A stretch of 64,000 bases of DNA, taken from a virus. Lineage: Duplodnaviria > Caudoviricetes. Under the pieces are notes generated by a model. It saw only the letters and a list, made by a program, of their open reading frames with translations. It did not search any database and was not told the origin of the DNA. The translations under genes were made by a program, and so were the position numbers. Shown here piece after piece: positions 40,089 to 48,622 of this stretch. Position 1 is the first letter of the stretch. The number at the start of each line of letters is the position of its first letter. The stretch spans positions 160,001 through 224,000 of the IMG/VR virus record IMGVR_UViG_3300027804_000038; one strand, written 5' to 3'.

Positions 40089-40955
40089 ACTAACTAACTT
40101 ATCAACATCAAACATTTCGGAAATTGACATATAAGGACACTCGTGGTTTATTCCCTCAAATGAGTAGTCAAATAAATATGAATCTATCAATTTTACTGTG
40201 TCTGAAGGTAAATTAGCAACAATGTTATTGTGTAAATCGTAACCAAAATTTTTGGGTGAAGTACCAATCCAAATTACGTTAGACTTTAGACCAAGAGCTG
40301 ACGATGCATGTTGTAAACATGAATCAATTAGGATTCTTTTATCTGACACTAAAAGAATTGAGAATAAATCATTAGATGATAACTCATCATTAACAACCTC
40401 AACACCACTGAGTTGTCTAGAAGATGGTTTACAAATTTGAATTATATGGTGAGTCCTTTCAAATTTTTTAACCAAAGACTGAGATACGTCAAAAGGAATA
40501 TCTCTAGTCCATGAATATGGTTGTTTTGAATTAAAGGCACCTCCATTAGTTTGTATAACTAAAATAGGTTTTTCTCTGTACCATTTATTAGATGACCTTT
40601 TTTGTGGTAAATTTAAGTTAAGTACTGGAGTTTGATTTTTATAATCAATACCTAACAAATCAGCCCAATTTTCAATTAGATGGGATTTTTTATGAATATG
40701 ATTTGATTGATAATATGGTTCATGTCTGAAAATTATGGTGTCCTTATCTTTTATATAATCATCATAAAAATATTGAGTGTTACCTAATTTATAAACTCTA
40801 TATATCGAATCATTATTTAAAAATACTTCAGGATATGATGCAACGACTACTATTTTTCTATCTGAATATTTTTCTTTAAGTGAAGATAGTAATGAAGTTG
40901 CCGCAATATTTTTTCCTAAACCACCCTGTATGTGCCAAACTATATATTTTTCCAT
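40077..40955 (-). CDS. GT9-like (heptosyltransferase fold) glycosyltransferase
   Basis: IQGGLGKNIAATSLLSSLKEKY at the N-terminus and ILIDSCLQHASSALG near the C-terminus, resembling the GT9 GLGD and DSG..H.A.ALG motifs. Confidence 0.7.
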   Translation of the reverse strand: MEKYIVWHIQGGLGKNIAATSLLSSLKEKYSDRKIVVVASYPEVFLNNDSIYRVYKLGNTQYFYDDYIKDKDTIIFRHEPYYQSNHIHKKSHLIENWADLLGIDYKNQTPVLNLNLPQKRSSNKWYREKPILVIQTNGGAFNSKQPYSWTRDIPFDVSQSLVKKFERTHHIIQICKPSSRQLSGVEVVNDELSSNDLFSILLVSDKRILIDSCLQHASSALGLKSNVIWIGTSPKNFGYDLHNNIVANLPSDTVKLIDSYLFDYSFEGINHECPYMSISEMFDVDKLVSSII

Positions 40956-41398
40956 TATTTTTTTGTCCCAATTCTTATAAATTTATACCAAACACGCTCA
41001 TGAATAAAGTAAACTATAGGTTTAAATAACAATTCACCAATACCAATTAGAGATGATAGTTCTAATGAAATACCTAAAGAAAAAGCTGAACCAACTGTTA
41101 TTAAAGTACCTAATATACGATAAGAAATTGTTTTTAAAATGTGTCTTGTAAGTACCGATTCTTCTTTAATTGTAGTTATATAGGCTACAGTATTTTTTAA
41201 TTCACATACTCCTTTACAGCTAATATGCCACTTAAATTCATTTAATTCGGGAACCCAATCCTTAGTTGTATAAGTATGACCATCAACAATTATATCGGAA
41301 ACTAAAATTTCATTACCGTTTTCAATTAGTCTCCATCTCTCACATTCATTTGTTGAGTTAGTATTGTATCTTATTTGAAAAGTTTTTATATTCTTCAT
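40955..41398 (-). CDS. Two-domain protein with a C-terminal DUF2061-like membrane domain
   Basis: RHILKTISYRILGTLIT...KPIVYFIHERVWYK matches the DUF2061 pattern. Confidence 0.7.
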   Translation of the reverse strand: MKNIKTFQIRYNTNSTNECERWRLIENGNEILVSDIIVDGHTYTTKDWVPELNEFKWHISCKGVCELKNTVAYITTIKEESVLTRHILKTISYRILGTLITVGSAFSLGISLELSSLIGIGELLFKPIVYFIHERVWYKFIRIGTKK

Positions 41399-41793
41399 AA
41401 TTTACCTTCAAGCCTCATTTGTTCCCTTATTTTAGTTGCAGAAATGTCGTGTATTTCTTGTGGAGGGATTCTTTCAATAATATCATATCCAACACCTCTA
41501 CCAAATTCTATTGAACATATATCAGGTATAACCATCACTTTAACCCTATCACTCAATTCTGAATAGTGTAACTCAATATTACTTTTAACTTCTTGTGCGG
41601 TAAATGGATTTTTTTCATCTGGCTCAATATCTCTAATACAAATTAGAACATTCTTACCTTCATCCATAGCTTGTTTAAATAGCTCCTGGTGTCCTTTATG
41701 TAGAGGTTGCCACCTACCAACAAACATTGCAAATTGACCATCTTTTGATTTTAAAGAGGATTGAACGTGAAGTTTTTTATCCCAATTACTCAT
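41395..41793 (-). CDS. HxGH-superfamily nucleotidyltransferase (cytidyltransferase/NadM-like)
   Basis: FVGRWQPLHKGH and ISATKIR motifs; 4-nt overlaps with cysC and the DUF2061 gene. Confidence 0.8.
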   Translation of the reverse strand: MSNWDKKLHVQSSLKSKDGQFAMFVGRWQPLHKGHQELFKQAMDEGKNVLICIRDIEPDEKNPFTAQEVKSNIELHYSELSDRVKVMVIPDICSIEFGRGVGYDIIERIPPQEIHDISATKIREQMRLEGKL

Positions 41794-42218
41794 TTTCTAT
41801 TAAAAGGTATTAAATTAAGACATTCGTCTATAGTTTTATTTGTTGTATCGATATTAATAAAGTCTTCAGTTGGTTGTTCATATTCCTTAACAAAATTATG
41901 TTCTCTACCCCTGATTTCACTTGTGTGAACATATATTTCACAAACTTCATTAGTTTCCTTTAATGAGTTTCTCATTTTTTTATAAGGAGCAACAACAGAA
42001 ATAACAACAGTAAATCCCTTGTGGTCTAAAAATCTAGCTAAATCTAATACAGATTGGATATTTTTAATTCTACCTTCTGAAGAATAATCAAAGTTTTGAA
42101 ATAGTTCTCTCAAACCATCTCCATCAACATTAATACAATTATCTGAACACTTCTCAATTAAAGCGTTTGCTAATGTTGTTTTTCCTGCACCAGGTTGACC
42201 TGTAAACCAATAAATCAT
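41790..42218 (-). CDS. cysC: Adenylyl-sulfate (APS) kinase, compact form
   Basis: IYWFTGQPGAGKTTLA P-loop, DGDGLR, GRIKNI, VISVVAPY, EIYV and YEQP. Confidence 0.8.
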   Translation of the reverse strand: MIYWFTGQPGAGKTTLANALIEKCSDNCINVDGDGLRELFQNFDYSSEGRIKNIQSVLDLARFLDHKGFTVVISVVAPYKKMRNSLKETNEVCEIYVHTSEIRGREHNFVKEYEQPTEDFINIDTTNKTIDECLNLIPFNRK

Positions 42219-42478
42219 TGTGATATGTAGTTTTTACCCGATTGAATTGAATCGTTAATATCCTGTAGTTGGTTTTGAGTTAATCCTGACATAAACCAAT
42301 CTTTATTTTTCATCAATTCTAAATGTTTATAGTTTCTTTCTACAGTATTTTTTTTTGTGTCAATATCGTCATTAATAAGTTTAGACCCATCGATTATACC
42401 ATTTATTAGGTTCACTGAGTCAAATGCTGAATTAATTGACCTTGCAACATTTGGAACTCTTTCTTTTTCGTTATCCAT
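42215..42478 (-). CDS. Hypothetical helical protein, possible fibre-associated chaperone
   Basis: 87 aa; the DSVNLIN...RNYKHLELM..KDW pattern recalls small ORFs found beside phage fibre genes (recollection, not a search). Confidence 0.45.
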   Translation of the reverse strand: MDNEKERVPNVARSINSAFDSVNLINGIIDGSKLINDDIDTKKNTVERNYKHLELMKNKDWFMSGLTQNQLQDINDSIQSGKNYISQ

Positions 42479-42484
42479 ATTATT

Positions 42485-43300
42485 TTATTTATAGTTAAAT
42501 TTATTAAAAAACCAATTATAATGATTATATAATCTATTACAATTTTCAATACCTAATATCTCATTATAATCTTCTTTTTGAGGAGAAAGAGTATTTTTAA
42601 TGGTATGGTCACCAAAAATACCATGGATTACATCATTTTCATGAGTTAATTGTTCTATTCTCTCAAAATCATGTTGATATGGAGGTATTTCTAAATAATT
42701 ATAAATTCGTTTTAGTTCTAATTCAGGATTTGAAGTTAAATCTTCAAATCGGATAAATAAAATATCTTTATCGTATCCTTGGTGAATTGATTCATATAAC
42801 CATTCTAAAGATGGACCAATTGGCGGAGATATCGAAAAGTGGTCAATTCTTGAATTAGTTGTCATATTTTTCAGCTCAGAAACATTTACTAAAAGAGGGT
42901 CCTTATGTGAGTTCTTTCTATAGTTTTTTTCCATTGAAGAAAAAATAGACCTAAGGTCTCTAACCATACAGATAATTTTTGGAGTACCGTAAAACCATTT
43001 TAAGAAATGGTAGTTACCAATCCAAGCTCTACTCTTATCAATAACATAAGGTCTTTCAGTAATACCATCAAAAAAACCATTTAAACCTTTTTCACAAAAA
43101 CTTCTTAATCCCTCTTTCATTTCATCAGGATTTTGAGCTTTAAATGCGTCTCCTGTTGAATATATTGTTCTGGCTTGTAAAATTAATTCTATAACACCTG
43201 ATGTTGGTGTAGAATATATGTCAGGATTTTGCATTAATATATTTTGAATTAATGTCGAGCCCGCTCTAGGTAAAGAGGCATTAAAAAATATTTTCTTCAT
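42485..43300 (-). CDS. PAPS-dependent sulfotransferase (Sulfotransfer_3-like)
   Basis: 5'-PSB loop SLPRAGSTL, 3'-PB motif RDLRSIFSS, and IRFEDL. Confidence 0.85.
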   Translation of the reverse strand: MKKIFFNASLPRAGSTLIQNILMQNPDIYSTPTSGVIELILQARTIYSTGDAFKAQNPDEMKEGLRSFCEKGLNGFFDGITERPYVIDKSRAWIGNYHFLKWFYGTPKIICMVRDLRSIFSSMEKNYRKNSHKDPLLVNVSELKNMTTNSRIDHFSISPPIGPSLEWLYESIHQGYDKDILFIRFEDLTSNPELELKRIYNYLEIPPYQHDFERIEQLTHENDVIHGIFGDHTIKNTLSPQKEDYNEILGIENCNRLYNHYNWFFNKFNYK

Positions 43301-43337
43301 GGGTTAATTTTAACCTATAAAGTTATAAATGTCAAAG

Positions 43338-44855
43338 TTAAGCTAATAAAACTTTATATGAATTACCATTAATTATAATTTCCCAAGTTCTATAAGATTT
43401 ACAAGATTCATAAGTTATTGTTCCTGCGGGAAATGACGAGCTTCCAACCACTAATTGGTTATTTGCGGTTGCAAATGCGTTATGACCAATAATAATTGAC
43501 GAGCGATAATTATAAGAGTTTGTATTACAACCTATAGCAATATTGTTCGAACCTGTAGTATTATAATATAATGATTTATAACCTATTGAAATATTATTGG
43601 CTCCTGATGTATTATAATATAATGACTTATAACCAATCGAAATTAGATAACTAGCTCTTGTACTATTTACGGTTGACCTAAATCCTACTGAAACATTTTT
43701 ACTTCCATTATTATTTGAATACAATGAACTTCTACCTATTGCAATATTAAAACTTCCACAGTCATTTAAATACATTGAACCTCTACCCATTGCTATGTTA
43801 TACGACCCTCTATTTCCATAACTAGTACTACCAGCCAAAGCTCTCCTACCAATTGCAATATTACCTGAACCATTCCTGTTACATAATAATGCGCATCTTC
43901 CTATTGAAATATTAAAATCGTTATACTGACTTAAATTGTAGTACATAGATGATTGACCTATTGCGATATTGAAGTCTGATTTATTTAAATTTAGTCTTAA
44001 AGAATCGTAACCTATTGCAATGTTTGAATCACCATCACAACTAGTTCTCATGGAGTTTGTACCTATTGATATATTTTTAGTACCATTGATATTAGAGCGT
44101 TGAGAATTAACACCTAATGATATGTTATTATCCGCTTTATTATCAATTAGAGTACTAGCCCCTAACGAAATATTATTACTACCACTAGCTGAGTAATATT
44201 GAGAATCATTACCCAAAGAAATGTTATTAACTCCCCCACTTCTTCTTTTTTGACTATTCCTACCTATTGCGATATTATCACAAAAATTTGCAGAAATACA
44301 ACAACCCTCTAAAGAAGAAGTTCCTATTCCTATATTATTAGAACCAGTAGATAAATTTTTTAAAGTACTTTTACCTATAGAGACATTATTATCTAGTAAA
44401 GATACAGGTAATTTAAATGCAACATTACCTATCGAAATATTACTAGAGTCATTTCCATTGCCCCTACCAATACAAACACTATTAACATCCAAAGTCGGAG
44501 ACGACACTGTACCATCAAAAGTCAATAAAGATTCTGCAACTGTTCCACCAGACCCATTAGATGTTAATACCTGATTGTTTGAACCTGAAATACTAAACGA
44601 AGGTGTTCCACTAAAGGTAAGTTTATCACTTCCATCTATAATAGTAATATTAACACCACTAAAACTTTTCAGAGCAATGTTTCCACCTGTAACACCAGAT
44701 ATATCTGAGACACCGTTACCAACAGTGTAAGCACTTGTTATGTAACTCGTAAGTGCGGAATATACCTCCCAATATATACCATTCCATTCCCACGTTTTAT
44801 TATCGTAAGTATATTGTTGATTTGGTGACGGACTATTTGGAAAATTAATTGGCAT
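43338..44855 (-). CDS. Tail-fibre-like protein with 17-residue NISIG/NIAIG repeats
   Basis: N-terminus MPINFPNSPSPNQQYTYDNKTWEWNG typical of fibre modules; the repeat block is paralogous to 9107..12571. Confidence 0.7.
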   Translation of the reverse strand: MPINFPNSPSPNQQYTYDNKTWEWNGIYWEVYSALTSYITSAYTVGNGVSDISGVTGGNIALKSFSGVNITIIDGSDKLTFSGTPSFSISGSNNQVLTSNGSGGTVAESLLTFDGTVSSPTLDVNSVCIGRGNGNDSSNISIGNVAFKLPVSLLDNNVSIGKSTLKNLSTGSNNIGIGTSSLEGCCISANFCDNIAIGRNSQKRRSGGVNNISLGNDSQYYSASGSNNISLGASTLIDNKADNNISLGVNSQRSNINGTKNISIGTNSMRTSCDGDSNIAIGYDSLRLNLNKSDFNIAIGQSSMYYNLSQYNDFNISIGRCALLCNRNGSGNIAIGRRALAGSTSYGNRGSYNIAMGRGSMYLNDCGSFNIAIGRSSLYSNNNGSKNVSVGFRSTVNSTRASYLISIGYKSLYYNTSGANNISIGYKSLYYNTTGSNNIAIGCNTNSYNYRSSIIIGHNAFATANNQLVVGSSSFPAGTITYESCKSYRTWEIIINGNSYKVLLA

Positions 44856-44864
44856 ATCTTTTCG

Positions 44865-46079
44865 TTATAAATAATATAATATTTCAGCAGTTCCTAAGAA
44901 AGTTGCATTAGCCCCCAATGGGGTAATACAAACCCACATTTCATCTAAAGTACCATTCACATTAGAACCTACTCTTATTTGGTTATCATCCACTTTTATT
45001 GTTGTTAATGCTGATGTTCCAGCCTCCCCAATTAATGAAGACATAATGTGTCCACTACTTGTTATTGTGGTAGCCCCAACACCTAATGAATATTGGAATG
45101 GTGAGTTAGGAATATCAGTCCAAGTTGGTGTCGCTGACAAGGTTGGGTTAAACTCAATGGTCATTAAATAGTTATCATTTGATGTATTTAATAAACTTAA
45201 ACTACTATATTGTGATGTAACAGATTTATAGGATTGTTTTAATCTATACCCAATATATGGATATTTTGTACCTGAAGTCGATAAGGTTGCAGTTGATGAA
45301 TGTATAACCCCAACGGTACTATATAAACCATTTAATGCACCTTCAGTAGAAACTTGACTACATATCATATCAAAACTACCCGAACCCGACCCAACTTGTC
45401 TTATCTCATATCTTATAGGTTGGTTTGGTGAACTCATATAAACTAAACTTTCATTATTAGAACAATTATGTTCAGTAAAATAAAATGTTTGTCCAGATAA
45501 AGCAAGTCCAAATCTCAACCTACCAACTCCTAACCATTGGTAATCAACAGTCATTAACTGAGTGTTTGACCATATAAGATTTGTTGGGTCAAATTCATTT
45601 GTTTCCCAAGTTGTTGTTGACGCACTAAATATTGTTGTACCTGACCTCCAAATTTGAAAACTTATCGTATTTGATGTTCCGTTACTTTCCAAGAAGAACC
45701 CGTCAAAAACTGAATTATAAGTTGATGCGGTTGTTGTAGTAAAACATCCCACTCTTTTTATTACATTTGTTTCTAACTGAAAATTTGAAAAACTTCCCTC
45801 AAATAACTGACTCTTACCAGGTTGGTATATTGGGTGTGTTTTTGTTTGTCTAATTACCAAATCATTATTTGAAGATGTTGACATTCTAACTCTCGCATAC
45901 TCCTTATTAAAAACTGATGTCGCAGTTCCTGCGGTTACTTCATTAACTTGTAATGGGTTTTTGTCGTAAACATGCTTAATGTCCAATAGATTTTGTACCG
46001 CAGCAGTCCTCAATCTACCAAAAGCGTCAAGATTTGGACTATCAGAATATTTTACCGCATTATTATATATAAAACTCAT
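44865..46079 (-). CDS. Putative virion structural protein (beta-rich)
   Basis: DAFGRLRTA...RQTKTHPIYQPGKSQ...DYQWLGVGRLRFG; ATG at 46079 overlaps the upstream stop, whereas the track uses TTG 46091. Confidence 0.55.
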   Translation of the reverse strand: MSFIYNNAVKYSDSPNLDAFGRLRTAAVQNLLDIKHVYDKNPLQVNEVTAGTATSVFNKEYARVRMSTSSNNDLVIRQTKTHPIYQPGKSQLFEGSFSNFQLETNVIKRVGCFTTTTASTYNSVFDGFFLESNGTSNTISFQIWRSGTTIFSASTTTWETNEFDPTNLIWSNTQLMTVDYQWLGVGRLRFGLALSGQTFYFTEHNCSNNESLVYMSSPNQPIRYEIRQVGSGSGSFDMICSQVSTEGALNGLYSTVGVIHSSTATLSTSGTKYPYIGYRLKQSYKSVTSQYSSLSLLNTSNDNYLMTIEFNPTLSATPTWTDIPNSPFQYSLGVGATTITSSGHIMSSLIGEAGTSALTTIKVDDNQIRVGSNVNGTLDEMWVCITPLGANATFLGTAEILYYL

Positions 46080-46768
46080 ATTAAATACCAATTTCCGCCC
46101 CTAACCATACAGGTTAAAGACATATAGTTTATGTTCATATCAACGTAATTATTGTTGTCAATTGTTCCTGATGAAGGTGTTAATCTTATTCTATAAGTAC
46201 CACAAATCCCTGCTTCATCTTTTATTATTAAATAATAACCCTCTTTACCTACTACCGATGGTAATACCAAATCAACATTACTATTACCACTTATACCCCA
46301 ATATGTTTTATCCCAAGTTAAAGATTGTCCTGTAGTAATTCCTGTTGTTGTATAATATCCCGCATCAGGTGATAAAGGACCTGGTACCGAGAACGGCTGA
46401 ACCCATTGTTGTGAATCACCATCATCAATCCAAACCAATTCAACACCTGTATTTGTATTGAACCACCTATCCCCACTTATAATAATTCCTGTAGGTGTTG
46501 ATGCAGATATATAATATTGTAGACCTCCACTCGAAGACCCTGAAACAGGACCCCAATAAGCATAACCTGTACCATCGGTTAATAAAGCATATCCATTTTG
46601 TTCAGTTCCATTAGAATAGGTAAAACCGCTATAAACTGTTAAACCTGAAGAAAAAATTGGATTAACAGGAATTGAACCACCTATACGATAAACAACACCT
46701 GTTGAAAGGTCAGATTGAAGTACGTAATTATAACTATCCTTAATTAATTGGTCTTTAATATCGGCCAT
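46076..46768 (-). CDS. Short tail-fibre-like protein
   Basis: GDRWFNTNTGVELVWIDDGDSQQWVQ fibre module; first gene after the palindromic TATTTAT element. Confidence 0.5.
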   Translation of the reverse strand: MADIKDQLIKDSYNYVLQSDLSTGVVYRIGGSIPVNPIFSSGLTVYSGFTYSNGTEQNGYALLTDGTGYAYWGPVSGSSSGGLQYYISASTPTGIIISGDRWFNTNTGVELVWIDDGDSQQWVQPFSVPGPLSPDAGYYTTTGITTGQSLTWDKTYWGISGNSNVDLVLPSVVGKEGYYLIIKDEAGICGTYRIRLTPSSGTIDNNNYVDMNINYMSLTCMVRGGNWYLI

Positions 46769-46792
46769 GCTTTAATTTTACAATTTTTTGGT

Positions 46793-46804
46793 TATTTATA
46801 AATA
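46793..46804. promoter_or_regulatory. Palindromic double TATTTATA element between divergent genes
   Basis: TATTTATAAATA is a perfect palindrome carrying the motif on both strands; ATGs at 46768 (-) and 46807 (+). Confidence 0.55.
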
Positions 46805-46806
46805 GT

Positions 46807-47136
46807 ATGGCTACCATTTGTTACGCTTGGGATGAGACACCCTTTGCATGGATTGATACCCCTTTCACTTGGGTGGAAGGATGCGTCATTGAAAAAATAG
46901 TCGGAGGAGGAGGGTCCATATCGTCCTATCAAATAAGAAAAAGACTAGATGCGTTACCTGAAGACGAAAAAGAAATTTTAATAAATTTGTTTGTTAGATT
47001 AAATGTTGATGAAATAGAATTTGAAAAACGTGTTAATAGAACTAAAAATACAAAAGTTAAAATAAAATTAAAAGATGTTGAAATTTCTCTAAAAGAACAA
47101 AGAATGATTAATGTAAATGTGAAAATAATAGATTAA
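46807..47136 (+). CDS. Hypothetical protein
   Basis: 109 aa with a W-D/I-x-T-P-F-x-W repeat at the N-terminus. Confidence 0.6.
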   Translation: MATICYAWDETPFAWIDTPFTWVEGCVIEKIVGGGGSISSYQIRKRLDALPEDEKEILINLFVRLNVDEIEFEKRVNRTKNTKVKIKLKDVEISLKEQRMINVNVKIID

Positions 47137-47155
47137 TAGATATTTATAATTGATT

Positions 47156-47641
47156 ATGGGATATAAATTATACACTGATAAGTCAAATAAATTCAATTGT
47201 AATATTGAAGTTGAGGGTACTTCATTATCTAAATCACAAGTTAGATTAGTTATAGAATCTGAAGATTTAATTTATATGTTTAAAGGAAGTATTCAGAGTA
47301 ATGGTGAATGTGAAGTTATTGTACCTAAAACAAAATCATTTTTAAATGAAGGTTCTAAGGGTAACATGAGATTAGAAGTTATTGCTGATGATGTTTATTT
47401 TGAACCTTGGTCTTCTGATTTCTCAGTGGTTACAAATAAGAAAGTAACAGTTCAAATTGCTGAACAAGAAGAAGAAAAACCTAGAATGAAAGTTCAGGTT
47501 GTCGAACAAAAAGAGGAACCAAAAAAAGAAACTATAAAAGAATCGCCTAAACCTAAAGAAGAGGTTAAGAAGAGACGTATTATAGTTAATCAAAATGTGT
47601 TTACAAAAGATGAGATAATTAAAAAATTAATGGGAAAATAA
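47156..47641 (+). CDS. Hypothetical protein (beta-rich N-domain, K/E-rich tail)
   Basis: TATTTATA at 47141-48; ATG at 47156. Confidence 0.6.
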   Translation: MGYKLYTDKSNKFNCNIEVEGTSLSKSQVRLVIESEDLIYMFKGSIQSNGECEVIVPKTKSFLNEGSKGNMRLEVIADDVYFEPWSSDFSVVTNKKVTVQIAEQEEEKPRMKVQVVEQKEEPKKETIKESPKPKEEVKKRRIIVNQNVFTKDEIIKKLMGK

Positions 47642-47782
47642 ACCAATAATTTTCATAATCACATCAATTATTCCGTACACACCAAAACCAAAAAATATTA
47701 CAGAAACTATCACATAAGGTAGTACTGATTTTTTAGCGTTTTCACATTTACTACATTTCTTTTTTTCTTGTTTGTTTTCCAT
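47627..47782 (-). CDS. Small CxxC membrane protein (51 aa), not in the ORF track
   Basis: MENKQEKKKCSKCENAKKSVLPYVIVSVIFFGFGVYGIIDVIMKIIGLFSH-stop. Confidence 0.55.
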   Translation of the reverse strand: MENKQEKKKCSKCENAKKSVLPYVIVSVIFFGFGVYGIIDVIMKIIGLFSH

Positions 47783-47842
47783 ATAAAAAAATTACTAAAT
47801 AAATTATTAGGTGTAAAGTTTAATAGAATAATATTTATAATT

Positions 47843-48244
47843 ATGAAATTAATATATTCTTTAAGTTCTTTAATAACTGAAAAAAAAATTGGTGAACTAC
47901 AAGATACTGTATATATAAATTATGTATTACAACATACACCAAGTAGTAAACACGGAATTTTCAGAAAAAAAAGACACGAGAAAGAAGACGGAGGAGAAAG
48001 AATTACCGATTATCATATATTAGAGTTATGTAAAAAGGCAAAAACTAACATAACCCAATATATTGTTATGGGTGAAATAATTGACGGAGTTAGATTTATA
48101 GTATCATCTAAAGAATTTCCTTTTTTAAATATTGTAATTAACCCACAAGAAAACTCACCATTTGATTGGACATTAACAGTTGTTACTGTAATGAACAAAG
48201 AAGATTTTAATATTGGTAGAAATCAATTACAAATTTTCATATAA
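47843..48244 (+). CDS. Hypothetical late protein
   Basis: TATTTATA at 47832-39; ATG at 47843 (MKLIYSLSSLITE), which the track extends to a TTG at 47768. Confidence 0.6.
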   Translation: MKLIYSLSSLITEKKIGELQDTVYINYVLQHTPSSKHGIFRKKRHEKEDGGERITDYHILELCKKAKTNITQYIVMGEIIDGVRFIVSSKEFPFLNIVINPQENSPFDWTLTVVTVMNKEDFNIGRNQLQIFI

Positions 48245-48280
48245 AGAAAAACCCCCGATGTATTCTGACAACGAGGGTTT
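48243..48280 (-). terminator. Terminator hairpin, stronger on the minus strand and probably bidirectional
   Basis: AAACCCCCG (48249-57) and CGAGGGTTT (48272-80): the C-A mismatch on + becomes a G-U pair on -, and the A run gives a U tract on -. Confidence 0.7.
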
Positions 48281-48390
48281 AATCTTTTTCACTTAATTAA
48301 GTTGAGGCTTCCGCCCCTGAACATCATCGTGGTTCAGTTCCGCCGAGTTCTTGTAAGGGAATATCTCGGTTCAACCCTTCATATAATTTC
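48246..48390 (-). ncRNA. Candidate structured small RNA (four-way junction)
   Basis: Closing stem GGGTTGA/TCAACTT with inner stems CCGAG/CTCGG, CTGAAC/GTTCAG and GGC-GGAA-GCC; GC-rich island; TATATTTG (-7 box) on - at 48403-48396; terminator downstream. Confidence 0.5.
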
Positions 48391-48461
48391 GATTACAAAT
48401 ATATATCAAAATATTTAAATAAAAAAACTTTTTTTAAAAAAAAGTACAGTATCTTTGCTAA

Positions 48462-48599
48462 ATGAAACAGGAAACATTACCACTTAACATACGACATGTT
48501 GCTCAAATAGTAAGACGTAACATGATTACAAAAACAGTACCATCAGGTAAAGTTTACTCACGTAAGAAATCTAAGAAGGTTGACATCTACCAAGATTAG
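48462..48599 (+). CDS. Small basic protein (45 aa), not in the ORF track
   Basis: MKQETLPLNIRHVAQIVRRNMITKTVPSGKVYSRKKSKKVDIYQD-stop; TATCTTTG (-7 box) at 48450-57. Confidence 0.55.
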   Translation: MKQETLPLNIRHVAQIVRRNMITKTVPSGKVYSRKKSKKVDIYQD

Positions 48600-48622
48600 G
48601 ATTATTTTTTTATAAAAAAAGT

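Noticed and set aside
9107-44855. Invertible or DGR-driven tail-fibre switching
   Set aside because: Fibre paralogues are diverged at synonymous sites; I saw no invertase, reverse transcriptase, near-identical template/variable repeat pair or flanking inverted repeats in the window.
48299-48377. tRNA gene
   Set aside because: The fold is cloverleaf-like but has no T-loop GTTCRA in the right place, no D-loop GG, no 7-nt anticodon loop and no CCA end.
48293-48382. Selenocysteine or UGA-readthrough peptide (ATG AAG GGT TGA ACC ... TAA on the minus strand with a hairpin after the UGA)
   Set aside because: The readthrough product resembles nothing, TGA is an ordinary stop elsewhere in the window, and no sel genes are present; an sRNA explains the structure better.
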